A stretch of 64,000 nt of DNA from a virus. This document shows, piece by piece, positions 24,390 to 32,905 of the stretch. The stretch covers positions 1 to 64,000 of the IMG/VR virus record IMGVR_UViG_3300033566_000060, one strand, 5' to 3'. Position 1 is the stretch's first letter. Each line of letters begins with the position of its first letter. The position numbers and the translations under genes were made by a program. The notes below the pieces were generated by a model, which saw only the letters and a list, made by a program, of their open reading frames with translations, did not search any database and had not been told where the DNA came from.

Positions 24390-24709
24390 AGTTTTATTTC
24401 TCCTTTAATGAATAGTTTTTGTTTGTATTGTCGGTGTTCCCTTTGGGTTTCGGTGTTTGTTTCTTTGTCGTAGTAAATTTTAGATCCACCTCGCTTGGCT
24501 CGTGCTTTTTTACAGGCTTCCAATGTTTCCGGTTTGATGATGAAAATAATACTACGTTTTGATACTCCGAATTGGTCTGCTAATTTTTGGTAACTCGTAC
24601 CTTCCTCTTCTCGTAAAAATCGGATATACTCTTTGTCTTGGTCAGTAAGTTTAATACGTCTGTCGTGTTTTGTGCCTTCTATTTTTATTTTTTCGGATAG
24701 GTATGGCAT
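24386..24709 (-). CDS. HTH DNA-binding protein
   Basis: EEEGTSYQKLADQFGVSKRSIIFI, a resolvase/terminase-small-like HTH. Confidence 0.5.
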   Translation of the reverse strand: MPYLSEKIKIEGTKHDRRIKLTDQDKEYIRFLREEEGTSYQKLADQFGVSKRSIIFIIKPETLEACKKARAKRGGSKIYYDKETNTETQREHRQYKQKLFIKGEIKL

Positions 24710-24715
24710 AGCTTT

Positions 24716-24901
24716 TTAGTTTTCGTGAAATTCAAAATAAACTTTTTCTGTTTTGGTTCTTAATTGGATCAGATAACGGAAGTCTCCCCGGACAAATGTG
24801 CTTATATGGTAAGTCGGCTTTAAAATATTATCTTCTTTAAGTAATTCTTCTGCGGTAATGTACATTGGATTTTCCATAACTTTTTTATTGTTTTTAATCA
24901 A
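24716..24901 (-). CDS. hypothetical protein
   Basis: 61-aa ORF in the co-oriented block. Confidence 0.5.
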   Translation of the reverse strand: MIKNNKKVMENPMYITAEELLKEDNILKPTYHISTFVRGDFRYLIQLRTKTEKVYFEFHEN

Positions 24902-25274
24902 TTCCGAATATGCGGCACATCTCTTTGTGTTCGGCCTCGGATATTGGAAATCTGTTGTTCATAATGTGCGACATCCTGGTGCTGTTTATATAGCACATTG
25001 GGGCCAGCTCTTCCTGTGTGATACCGATAAATTGCATTTCCTCTTTTACTCGGTTTAAAAACTGCTTTTGGTTAAAATCTTTTGGAGGGAACCGGCTTTT
25101 TATTTTGGCCGGTTTTTCTTTGGATTCCACAAAAAGCATTTTTTTACGGATAACTTCCTTCTGCTTTACTACGGATTCCGGAACTGCTTTTTTATTTATA
25201 CCGCTTTCTTTGAGTACGAAAATTTCATCCACTTCCAAAAACGGTACATTAATAGCTTGGTTTTTCAAACTCAT
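24894..25274 (-). CDS. hypothetical protein with C-terminal XRE-like HTH
   Basis: QEELAPMCYINSTRMSHIMNNRFPISEAEHKEMCRIFG. Confidence 0.5.
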   Translation of the reverse strand: MSLKNQAINVPFLEVDEIFVLKESGINKKAVPESVVKQKEVIRKKMLFVESKEKPAKIKSRFPPKDFNQKQFLNRVKEEMQFIGITQEELAPMCYINSTRMSHIMNNRFPISEAEHKEMCRIFGID

Positions 25275-25396
25275 GGTTGAAACATTTTAATTTTGGGTTG
25301 GCTGTTCGTTTTTCTGGGTGCGCCTCGGATAATCGAAATTTTAAGATCATACGGATTGCTTTTTGTAGTTTGTTGACTGTCTTCATGTCTTCGGGT

Positions 25397-25636
25397 TTAA
25401 AATTGGATTCTGTTTTCTTTAATAGTCAACATTCCCATAAAAAAGCAATTCATTTCGTCATAAGTCATGAATTTGGTTAATGTTGTTATACCTCCTAACT
25501 CACTTTGTTGCGCTATTGCGTATTTTTTGCTTCTGCCGTCCGCGGTGTTTTGGATAAAAATATTTTCTTTATCTGTGAAGCAATTTTTTAAAAAGTTGTT
25601 TAACGCTTCATTTTCTCGCTCTGTATTTCGTGCCAT
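25397..25636 (-). CDS. hypothetical protein
   Basis: 79-aa ORF. Confidence 0.55.
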   Translation of the reverse strand: MARNTERENEALNNFLKNCFTDKENIFIQNTADGRSKKYAIAQQSELGGITTLTKFMTYDEMNCFFMGMLTIKENRIQF

Positions 25637-25654
25637 AACTCTACAATTTAAAAG

Positions 25655-25861
25655 TTAAAATTTCAATTCGGTTCTTTCTATTCCCGTGCCGCGCAATACA
25701 AAAATTAACGTGCTGCTTTTGTGTAATTTCACGTAATTAAGCCCTTCTTTGTTTAGTCTTTTCTGTAATTCGTTCGGGGTTAAATAGCCGTTCAAATGAT
25801 TTTCGATAAAAATTTTCGCGGTGTTTATCTTTTCTTCGGGGTTGATTTGGATTTTTCGCAT
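25655..25861 (-). CDS. hypothetical protein
   Basis: 68-aa ORF. Confidence 0.55.
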   Translation of the reverse strand: MRKIQINPEEKINTAKIFIENHLNGYLTPNELQKRLNKEGLNYVKLHKSSTLIFVLRGTGIERTELKF

Positions 25862-25964
25862 GTTTTCGGATTTGTTTTTTCGTTTAAACTCTCGGATTAA
25901 AGGGCTAAGTACAAAGCAATCAATAAAAAGATGATTTGCACAATAAATTTCTTGTTCATAGGCT

Positions 25965-26156
25965 TTAAATATTTTGTAAAAATCTCGGTTCTATATCAAA
26001 ACAAACTTGAATAATACTTTTGTTTTTGAAGACGTTTTCGCGGGTGACTACTCCCGTGTTTAAGCGCTCGTCTTTTACGCGTTGCGGGGTTCGTAACGCT
26101 TTGTTAACTATTCCCTTTACGGTCACTTTTTTCGTGTATTTTGTTGGCTCTTGCAT
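25965..26156 (-). CDS. hypothetical protein
   Basis: 63-aa basic ORF. Confidence 0.5.
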   Translation of the reverse strand: MQEPTKYTKKVTVKGIVNKALRTPQRVKDERLNTGVVTRENVFKNKSIIQVCFDIEPRFLQNI

Positions 26157-26219
26157 AACTTACAAATGTTTTTGAATCATGTTAAAATTCGTGTTCCTGA
26201 TTGCGTTTATATATCCATG

Positions 26220-26621
26220 TTACTGGTTATTTTCAGCGTAACCCGACAACATTCGGTTAACTAATTCTTTTACTTCATCTATTTTAGAAATTGGAATACG
26301 AAAAGCCGTTGTTTTTGTTGGCTCATTGTATTTTGGCTTTGCTCCAGCACTTTCACGTTTTCCACCTCTTTTTTCGTTAACTGAAAATCTTTCTACTTCT
26401 ACCCAATCAAAATCAGGATATTGTTTTTTGTTTTCATAAATAATAACGTTAGATGTCACATCATTTCTTGTGGCTTGGTCGGTGTAAAATAAAGAGTTGT
26501 ACTTTACATCTTCCAATGTCATTGCTAATGCGGTTGATACACTTCCAATTTCAGGAAGTGCTTTTGAATAACTGATTGATGCTCTGAAAATGTTTTTCGG
26601 ACTGTTTTTTGAAACTTTCAT
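26220..26621 (-). CDS. hypothetical protein
   Basis: Start moved to ATG 26621 (MKVSKNSP), just downstream of the upstream gene's stop at 26641. Confidence 0.6.
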   Translation of the reverse strand: MKVSKNSPKNIFRASISYSKALPEIGSVSTALAMTLEDVKYNSLFYTDQATRNDVTSNVIIYENKKQYPDFDWVEVERFSVNEKRGGKRESAGAKPKYNEPTKTTAFRIPISKIDEVKELVNRMLSGYAENNQ

Positions 26622-26640
26622 AAGATTTATTTTTGAATTA

Positions 26641-26913
26641 TTATTTAGACCATTTTGAACCTCTTGCTTTTGCTCTGAAAGCATCGATTTCATCTTGAGC
26701 AACTAAATGTCTTTTGTTGTTTTCAGCTTTCAATCTATCGATAACATATTCTATTTCTTCAGAAATAGTGCAAGTCATATCAAAAGTATCTTTGTACATA
26801 GTCAACACTTCTTTTAAAGTAACATATTCAAAACCATTTTCTCTCATTTTCTCTTGAGCAATTTCGATTATCTCGTTTCTGTTTTCTGATAAAAAAGTTT
26901 CTTTAGTTGTCAT
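26641..26913 (-). CDS. hypothetical protein
   Basis: Start moved to ATG 26913 (MTTKETF), downstream of a minus-strand -7 box. Confidence 0.6.
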   Translation of the reverse strand: MTTKETFLSENRNEIIEIAQEKMRENGFEYVTLKEVLTMYKDTFDMTCTISEEIEYVIDRLKAENNKRHLVAQDEIDAFRAKARGSKWSK

Positions 26914-26940
26914 AATTTCTATTTGTTTTATTTTGTTATA

Positions 26941-26948
26941 CAAATATA
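26941..26948 (-). promoter_or_regulatory. -7 promoter box (TATATTTG on minus strand)
   Basis: The plus strand reads CAAATATA, which is the reverse complement of TAnnTTTG. Confidence 0.4.
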
Positions 26949-27284
26949 CGACATCTTTTTGATTGTGCAAACTTTTTCAAAAGAAATTTTAATTTATTTT
27001 TAAATACTTGGAAAACAAAGAAAAACAACCAGTAACAACATGTATAGTAAATGTGGGTTTTAGGCTTAATTTGGAGGTAATTTTGTGTTAGAGAAATAAG
27101 TCTTGAACTGAAATGTTCCGCTTGTTTAATCCCACACTTCCCATACACGCAACCGATAAGAAAATACGCTTTCGTTTTTAAAAATTTCAATGCAGTTTTT
27201 TATATACCAGTTCCTTTCCGTTTTACTGAAAGTTTTCGGAAGTTTTGAAAGAATTTGTCTTATACTGTTCCCGTTGTGTAGTGT

Positions 27285-27515
27285 TTAATTTATTATTTCT
27301 GCAATTCTGTAAATTATACCTTTGTTTTGTGGATTTTTGATATGGTTTTGTATATCTTCTTTTACTCCTTCAATGGTTTGCAAGTACATTGTTTTTAGAG
27401 GTAATGCAAAAACCCAGTTTAAACCTTTGATTTTAAATTGCATTATATACCTTTTATCATGTTCACGTATTAAAACATCATTTTTAATTTGAACGGTTGT
27501 AAATCTCTTTTTCAT
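27285..27515 (-). CDS. hypothetical protein
   Basis: 76-aa ORF. Confidence 0.55.
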   Translation of the reverse strand: MKKRFTTVQIKNDVLIREHDKRYIMQFKIKGLNWVFALPLKTMYLQTIEGVKEDIQNHIKNPQNKGIIYRIAEIIN

Positions 27516-27534
27516 AATAATTTGATTTAAAGAT

Positions 27535-27798
27535 TTATAATTGATTTTGTTTATAATATTGATTTAATGAACTATTATAATAGTCGTTAAAATACTTTCC
27601 TTTCTGTTTACGCCCTTCAATGAAAGGATTTATTATTTGTCTATCGTTTCGGTCTATTAATTCGCCCCTAAAGATTATAAAAGAATAATACAACCCTTTA
27701 TATTTATAACAAAACCAATGTTTTGTATCATTAACATTTAATTTGTATTTTATAAGGCGTTCACCTTCACGTCTGATAATGTTATAATCTACATTCAT
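27535..27798 (-). CDS. hypothetical protein, first gene of the leftward block
   Basis: 87-aa ORF with a promoter box about 45 nt upstream. Confidence 0.6.
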   Translation of the reverse strand: MNVDYNIIRREGERLIKYKLNVNDTKHWFCYKYKGLYYSFIIFRGELIDRNDRQIINPFIEGRKQKGKYFNDYYNSSLNQYYKQNQL

Positions 27799-27841
27799 AA
27801 TAATAAGTATTAAAGATTTATATTTCGTTTATTTTGATATT

Positions 27842-27849
27842 CAAATTTA
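27842..27849 (-). promoter_or_regulatory. -7 promoter box (TAAATTTG on minus strand)
   Basis: The plus strand reads CAAATTTA. Positioned upstream of the ORF starting at 27798. Confidence 0.45.
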
Positions 27850-27853
27850 GTTT

Positions 27854-27877
27854 ATTGTTTGTTAATACGCAAACAAT
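27854..27877. promoter_or_regulatory. operator-like palindrome ATTGTTTG-N8-CAAACAAT
   Basis: Perfect 8-bp inverted repeat (27854-27861 and 27870-27877) next to the leftward promoter. Confidence 0.45.
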
Positions 27878-28208
27878 TTAAAAGAAAATCGTCATTGAAT
27901 TTTCTTATAGGTATATAGATTTTATTTATAGTGTAGTGTTTATAAGGCTTTACAAAGGTTTTTAATCCAATAACGCAATGGTAAAAAAATGAAAATAATT
28001 GTATTGCAATTGTGAAATAGTCCGTTTTGAGGTGGTTTAATGTAGTGGATTGTACAAAGTTTATACTGGAACCAATTTAAAAAGTGACTAAAAATGTACA
28101 AGAAATAGAACAACCCAATACAGGAAGAAACACCCAGAGAGCAAAAAGGATCTTTTTAAAATTGAATTCCTTCACAAATAACAACAATATTAATTTCAAA
28201 TTATACAT

Positions 28209-28228
28209 AAACTGTCCGGAAAAGGAAC
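28209..28228 (+). repeat. AAACTGTCCGGAAAAGGAAC, copy 1 of a dispersed direct repeat
   Basis: Near-identical copy at 28456-28476. Lies in a purine/A-rich non-coding tract. Confidence 0.5.
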
Positions 28229-28455
28229 AAAGAAAAGAAGCAAAAGCCCAAAGAGAACAAACCAGGAATAAAACCAAAATACTAAATCGTTCAATCTGCT
28301 TTTTACATCCTACAAAATCGAATAATTAAGTAATAACCGAATAACCTATTTAATCAATTATAAAGAGTTAATTATATTACTATTAATAAATAGTGCTAAC
28401 TACATAAAAAGACGCTTTAAACCGCAGAAAAATAAAGGAATTTGAAAAGGTATTT

Positions 28456-28476
28456 AAACTGTACAGAAAAGGAAAC
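28456..28476 (+). repeat. AAACTGTACAGAAAAGGAAAC, copy 2
   Basis: Matches 28209-28228 except for 2-3 positions. Confidence 0.5.
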
Positions 28477-28766
28477 CCCCACGAAAGAAAGTAATACAAG
28501 AGAAACAACAAAAAAAAGATAAACAACAAACAATCAATCAAACATTCAAAACAATAATACAATCGTTCACTTTTGAAGAATACTATAATTTTAACTTTCT
28601 TACAAATTTAACACGCTTTTAAGCAATGTGAAAGTAATTTGATAGGAGTGTTATATAGTTGCTAAACCTTTGTAAATAAAGCGTTTCAGACGTTTATCGA
28701 GTGCAAATATAAACCAATAAATCAACTGTACAAATATTGAAATGTTAAAGTTATATGTAAGACTTC

Positions 28767-28787
28767 CGGACAAATAACGGACAAATA
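28767..28787 (+). promoter_or_regulatory. tandem CGGACAAATA x2 (same motif as 15094-15115)
   Basis: cggacaaata at 28767-28776 and 28778-28787. Confidence 0.5.
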
Positions 28788-29074
28788 CGCAACAGAATTT
28801 AAGAAACCCAGTAATAACAAGGCTTTACAATTGGTTTTTACAATCCTACTAAGAACGTAAAACGAATAGTAGTACACTATATTAAAACGGAAAACGGCAG
28901 TTAATACACTGATATACACCTAAATAACGGTAAAATCCTAAAACATTTTGAAAGTCAATTTGAAAAGCACACCCCCCACCCAAATTTGAACGCGTTTTCG
29001 TTCTGCCAGGTCGCCACCATATACCACTATATAACCCACTTCCCTGTCATTTCTCACTTAAAAACATTAAAAAA

Positions 29075-29279
29075 TGGACACTTAAAGTAAAAAAGTGGAC
29101 ACTTAGACATTTGGTTGTCAGCAAGTTATGATTTTTATATGTAAAAAAAGTGGACAGTAGTGATAAAAAAGGTGGACACTTTGTTGAAAAAGGGCAAAAA
29201 GTGGACAAAAGTGGACAGTTGGCAATAAAAAATGGACAGTAAAAATGGACACTTTATTTGGATATATGGACAGTGTCCA
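29075..29279 (+). repeat. array of nine direct A-tract-TGGACA boxes ending in the palindrome TGGACAGTGTCCA
   Basis: TGGACA starts at 29075, 29096, 29151, 29173, 29202, 29212, 29233, 29246 and 29267. An inverted TGTCCA lies at 29274-29279. Most copies are preceded by A4-7 and followed by C/G-T. Confidence 0.85.
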
Positions 29280-29320
29280 CTATCTTTATAATTAAGTTTA
29301 ATAAATTAAAAGCTATAGTT

Positions 29321-29650
29321 ATGAAAAACGATGTAAGAGATCAGAAGATTTTGGATTTGAACAATTCTGGAAAGAGCAATAGAGAGATTGCTTTGGAGTT
29401 GAATATTAGTAAGAGTACGGTGAACAAGGTGCTGAATGATTTGTTGTTAAAAGATGAGGGTGTTTCACCAAAAGAGGTTGTTCCGATAAAGTTGGATGGT
29501 GACGAGCAGAGGTTTACGTCATTTGTGGGATATGAGAGAGTTGATGTGAATGTTTATGTTCACAAGGAGACTGGCGAGATGGTAAAGGTTGCGTATGTAA
29601 GGGCGAAGAGTCCGGATGATTTTGGGTATTTTGTGAGATTGAAGGATTAG
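29321..29650 (+). CDS. HTH DNA-binding protein, first gene of the rightward block
   Basis: NNSGKSNREIALELNISKSTVNKVLNDL helix-turn-helix. Start moved to ATG 29321 because the track start at 29258 lies inside the TGGACA array. Confidence 0.65.
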   Translation: MKNDVRDQKILDLNNSGKSNREIALELNISKSTVNKVLNDLLLKDEGVSPKEVVPIKLDGDEQRFTSFVGYERVDVNVYVHKETGEMVKVAYVRAKSPDDFGYFVRLKD

Positions 29651-29777
29651 TTTGATTGTGAAAAAAAATCGACTGCAAAGCAGTAATGTATGATATAAGC
29701 CGGCGAGAGTCGGTTTTTATTTTTATATGGATTCGATATAAATAGTCATAAATTGTAAAATTTTACATAATTAGTTG

Positions 29778-29785
29778 TATGTTTG
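29778..29785 (+). promoter_or_regulatory. -7 promoter box TATGTTTG
   Basis: TAnnTTTG match about 40 nt upstream of ATG 29824. Confidence 0.45.
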
Positions 29786-29823
29786 TAGTAGATAAAATAA
29801 AACTAACACTAAAACAATAAACT

Positions 29824-30141
29824 ATGGAATTTAAAGGAACAAAAGGGAAGTGGCACTTAATGAAAAAAGGCTTTAGAAAAAGTGAAAACAATAATTTAAT
29901 TCAAGTTTATGCCACAAACGAAGATTTAGAATTGATTTGTGAAGTTTGGAAAGATAGATTATTACACGAGAGAGAACAGAACTTTGAAGCAAATGCATTA
30001 CTAATATCAAAAGCTCCTGAGATGCTTGAACTTTTACAGAATATTAATAATGGGACTACATTCGATAAAGAGACAGGATTGATGTGGTCTCATTGGGTAG
30101 AAAAAATACAAGAACTAATCAAAGAAGCAACAGAACTATAA
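29824..30141 (+). CDS. hypothetical protein
   Basis: 105-aa ORF. Confidence 0.65.
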   Translation: MEFKGTKGKWHLMKKGFRKSENNNLIQVYATNEDLELICEVWKDRLLHEREQNFEANALLISKAPEMLELLQNINNGTTFDKETGLMWSHWVEKIQELIKEATEL

Positions 30142-30256
30142 CTAAACAACAAGAACTAAACCTAATAAACGAGCAACTCAACGACCTGATGCAAAAAGGT
30201 TGCAACGATGAAAAACTCGTAACACGTAAAAGACAACTTGAAAAACTATTGAGATT

Positions 30257-30397
30257 ATGAAAGCACTATTGATTATATGGACAGCGAGCGATGTGTTGAC
30301 CTTGCTAATGGTGATTGTGGTTGGATTATGTGTGATTGTTTCCATGGCGAGACATTACCTCACTATCCTAATTAAAAAAATATTCAGCAAAAAGTGA
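30257..30397 (+). CDS. small membrane protein (46 aa, below the ORF-track cutoff)
   Basis: Hand translation: MKALLIIWTASDVLTLLMVIVVGLCVIVSMARHYLTILIKKIFSKK. Its stop overlaps the next GTG start. Confidence 0.45.
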   Translation: MKALLIIWTASDVLTLLMVIVVGLCVIVSMARHYLTILIKKIFSKK

Positions 30398-30915
30398 AAC
30401 GAGGACCATTACGATCACGAGAAAAAAAAGAAGCGCTTGGGTTTACTTCATTTCCTAAGCTAGAAGACTTGCAAGTAGGACATTATCTTCTTGACGGTAT
30501 GCACGGAGCCAATGCCTTGGTAAAGATAACCGGGATAAGCGAGTTCGGGCGCATCTACTTTTACGGACCTACCGGAACCAGACACGAGAGAATGGCCCAC
30601 AACATGATTCAGGTGCCGTTAAGTTTCGACGTACTCACCTTACTTGGTTTTGAGAATATAAAGCTGACACCTGAAGAACAAAGGGTGTTGTCGTTCCGGT
30701 TCCGGCTGAAATTGGAACATTACGAGATTATCGTTACCATGGCAGGAAAGGCCAAGAAGTATTTCCACGGAGAAGGTACGGTTCCATCTGCGGTAAACAA
30801 ATACACCGTCTATGTAAACGGAATGGAAATAGTGGGTTGTAATCGACTGCATAAACTCCAGACTTTATACAACGGACTTACCGGAGAGAAATTACAAATA
30901 AAGACAACAGCATGA
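30394..30915 (+). CDS. hypothetical protein
   Basis: 173-aa ORF with a GTG start and a 4-nt overlap with the next gene. Confidence 0.6.
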   Translation: MKRGPLRSREKKEALGFTSFPKLEDLQVGHYLLDGMHGANALVKITGISEFGRIYFYGPTGTRHERMAHNMIQVPLSFDVLTLLGFENIKLTPEEQRVLSFRFRLKLEHYEIIVTMAGKAKKYFHGEGTVPSAVNKYTVYVNGMEIVGCNRLHKLQTLYNGLTGEKLQIKTTA

Positions 30916-31343
30916 CAAAAAACGATAACGAAGCAGCAAAGCTAATTAATTGGAACGGCGTTTCCCGACTTTTAACCGGCGGAGATTCCAATGTGGTGCG
31001 AAGCAATAACGTGAAGATGGAACATCGGGATGCCGTGGAATCGCTTTTGACCTTTGTGGACAAGTGGATAAAAGACAACGGTAAAAATAGCGGGACACTT
31101 TCAATGACTGTGCCAAAAAATGTACAGCCAGGAAAACGAAAAAAAAGAACTACCGAAAAATTCTACACCATAATTGAAGAGGTACCAGAAGGAGCCGAAG
31201 TGGTTGATCCAAATTTATGGAAAAAAGGAGAACTGTTCTACACTACGATATTCACCAGTGGAGTTGGTTTTGAATCAAGGGAATGGAAGAATATCAGTAA
31301 GGCACGAATCTATTTAAGCATCAAAAACAGAGAAAATAAGTAA
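30912..31343 (+). CDS. hypothetical protein
   Basis: 143-aa ORF with overlapping stop/start codons. Confidence 0.65.
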   Translation: MTKNDNEAAKLINWNGVSRLLTGGDSNVVRSNNVKMEHRDAVESLLTFVDKWIKDNGKNSGTLSMTVPKNVQPGKRKKRTTEKFYTIIEEVPEGAEVVDPNLWKKGELFYTTIFTSGVGFESREWKNISKARIYLSIKNRENK

Positions 31344-31711
31344 TGGAAAATTTTTTAGATTTATTAAACAAGAAAGGCTATAAGCCATACCGATTTATAA
31401 AAAATAAATTCGTTGAAAACAAAGAAACTAGTTTCTCTTCCATGACAGAAGGTGGATTGGCTATTTTTTATGTAAAAGACAACGACTTCGATAATCCTAT
31501 AATATGGGGATTACACGAATATAAAAAACCGCCAACGCTTATTCGTCCAAGACCAAAAATAATAATGAATCAACTAAACCATAAAGGAGAGCAAACAATC
31601 ATTACAGAACAAATGGATGATGCAATGAATATAGTTCTTAAAAAAGAAACGGCACAAGATATTTTTGATGCTATATTTGATGGAAGACAATTTGATTACA
31701 CAAAAGAATAG
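31343..31711 (+). CDS. hypothetical protein
   Basis: 122-aa ORF with a TAATG overlap to the upstream gene. Confidence 0.65.
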   Translation: MENFLDLLNKKGYKPYRFIKNKFVENKETSFSSMTEGGLAIFYVKDNDFDNPIIWGLHEYKKPPTLIRPRPKIIMNQLNHKGEQTIITEQMDDAMNIVLKKETAQDIFDAIFDGRQFDYTKE

Positions 31712-31758
31712 TTCGCACCAAATAGAAATTAAATTAATTTAGACTAAATATAAATAGC

Positions 31759-32316
31759 ATGGCAATAACACAAGAAACAGTACGAAAGCATTTTGAAAAC
31801 GCCAAGACGGTAAAACGATTAAGCGATGGAGTTGAAATAGAAATCAAACATCCGATTAAAATACACAAAACGGTTCCCGGAGTATTCTGTGTAGAATCTA
31901 CTAACAATGAATTGGCTTGTGTTTTTAGTAATAACGAATATGCTTTTATTGTAGCTGAATTGGATGAACTGAACCAAAAAGAAGAAACAATAGTTTTAAA
32001 TAAAGAAAAACTATTCGAAGAAAACGTCGATAAAACGCTTGCTGAAATCAAAGAATTGCTTTTGGTAAAAGGAAAGGAATACCGAAGAAACAACAATCCG
32101 TACCACAATTTTGAAAGAGGCGCTGCAATGTCCGGTGAAATTCCGGAGAAAGTATTGTACGGGTTTCAACTAAAGCACGAAGTAAGCATGTCCGACATCC
32201 GAGACGACATTGAAAAAGGAATATTACCCACAGAGAAAATGGTGGTGGAAAAATGGAATGATGCGCTTGTCTATACATTGATAGAAAAATGCATGATACT
32301 AAATCGTATAAAGTAA
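31759..32316 (+). CDS. hypothetical protein, possible DUF1599/MazG-related C-terminal domain
   Basis: KGKEYRRNNNPYHNFERGAAMSG...VLYGFQLKHEVSMSDI is weakly reminiscent of nucleotide-pyrophosphohydrolase-like helical domains. Confidence 0.6.
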   Translation: MAITQETVRKHFENAKTVKRLSDGVEIEIKHPIKIHKTVPGVFCVESTNNELACVFSNNEYAFIVAELDELNQKEETIVLNKEKLFEENVDKTLAEIKELLLVKGKEYRRNNNPYHNFERGAAMSGEIPEKVLYGFQLKHEVSMSDIRDDIEKGILPTEKMVVEKWNDALVYTLIEKCMILNRIK

Positions 32317-32349
32317 TATTTTTTGTATTTTTGGTGAAAACCACCGTGT

Positions 32350-32658
32350 ATGACAGAACAATTATTTTGCTCCGTAATTGAAAATTTAAGACAGCAGTAT
32401 GCCGAAGACAAGAAGAATGGCGAGATTATTGCCGAAGCATTTTCCTGTGAGGGATTTGCTTTATACAACACAGAGAAATTGGTAAAAGCCATTTTCGACA
32501 TGTTGCATCTTTTTTTTCCGCCGGACGCGGACGGCCATTGCGAGATAACTTTTTATTGTTTTGTGCATAATTTCGGTAAGCCATCGACGGACTCCGAAAC
32601 GGAAACACCAGAGATGCTTTACCAAAGACTAACCAAATCCAAAACAGCATGCATTTAG
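32350..32658 (+). CDS. hypothetical protein
   Basis: 102-aa ORF. Confidence 0.6.
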   Translation: MTEQLFCSVIENLRQQYAEDKKNGEIIAEAFSCEGFALYNTEKLVKAIFDMLHLFFPPDADGHCEITFYCFVHNFGKPSTDSETETPEMLYQRLTKSKTACI

Positions 32659-32900
32659 AACTTGACCTACCGGTGTACCACATGACCGAAGAACAATTGG
32701 AGAAATACGAATTGGGATTGGAAGTGGATTTAAAGGACTGCTTTTTGGTGACGTACACTTTTTATACGATTGAAAACATAAAAGCTACGGACGAGAAGAC
32801 ATGTTCCATACAATCCGGAGGCTTACCATTTGTAATCAATATGACAGCCGACAAAGTAAAAGGGCTTGTCAGGGAAAAACGACTACCTTACTTAAATTAA
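32649..32900 (+). CDS. hypothetical protein
   Basis: 83-aa ORF with a 10-nt overlap to the upstream gene. Confidence 0.6.
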   Translation: MHLELDLPVYHMTEEQLEKYELGLEVDLKDCFLVTYTFYTIENIKATDEKTCSIQSGGLPFVINMTADKVKGLVREKRLPYLN

Positions 32901-32905
32901 ATACT

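Noticed and set aside
26936-27190. 84-aa minus-strand ORF upstream of 26641..26913.
   Set aside because: It covers the predicted promoter box of the downstream gene and has Cys/Phe-rich, odd composition. It is not called.
28084-28329. 81-aa ORF (and the opposite-strand 28077..28277) in the A-rich tract.
   Set aside because: The translation is low-complexity K/N/Q/E-rich and is produced by the A-rich skew. There is no promoter or neighbouring-gene context. It is treated as non-coding.
29075-29279. Could the TGGACA repeat cluster be a CRISPR array?
   Set aside because: The repeats are only 6-8 bp plus an A-tract. The spacings are irregular (10-55 bp), with no spacer-sized unique segments. This is operator- or iteron-like and not CRISPR.
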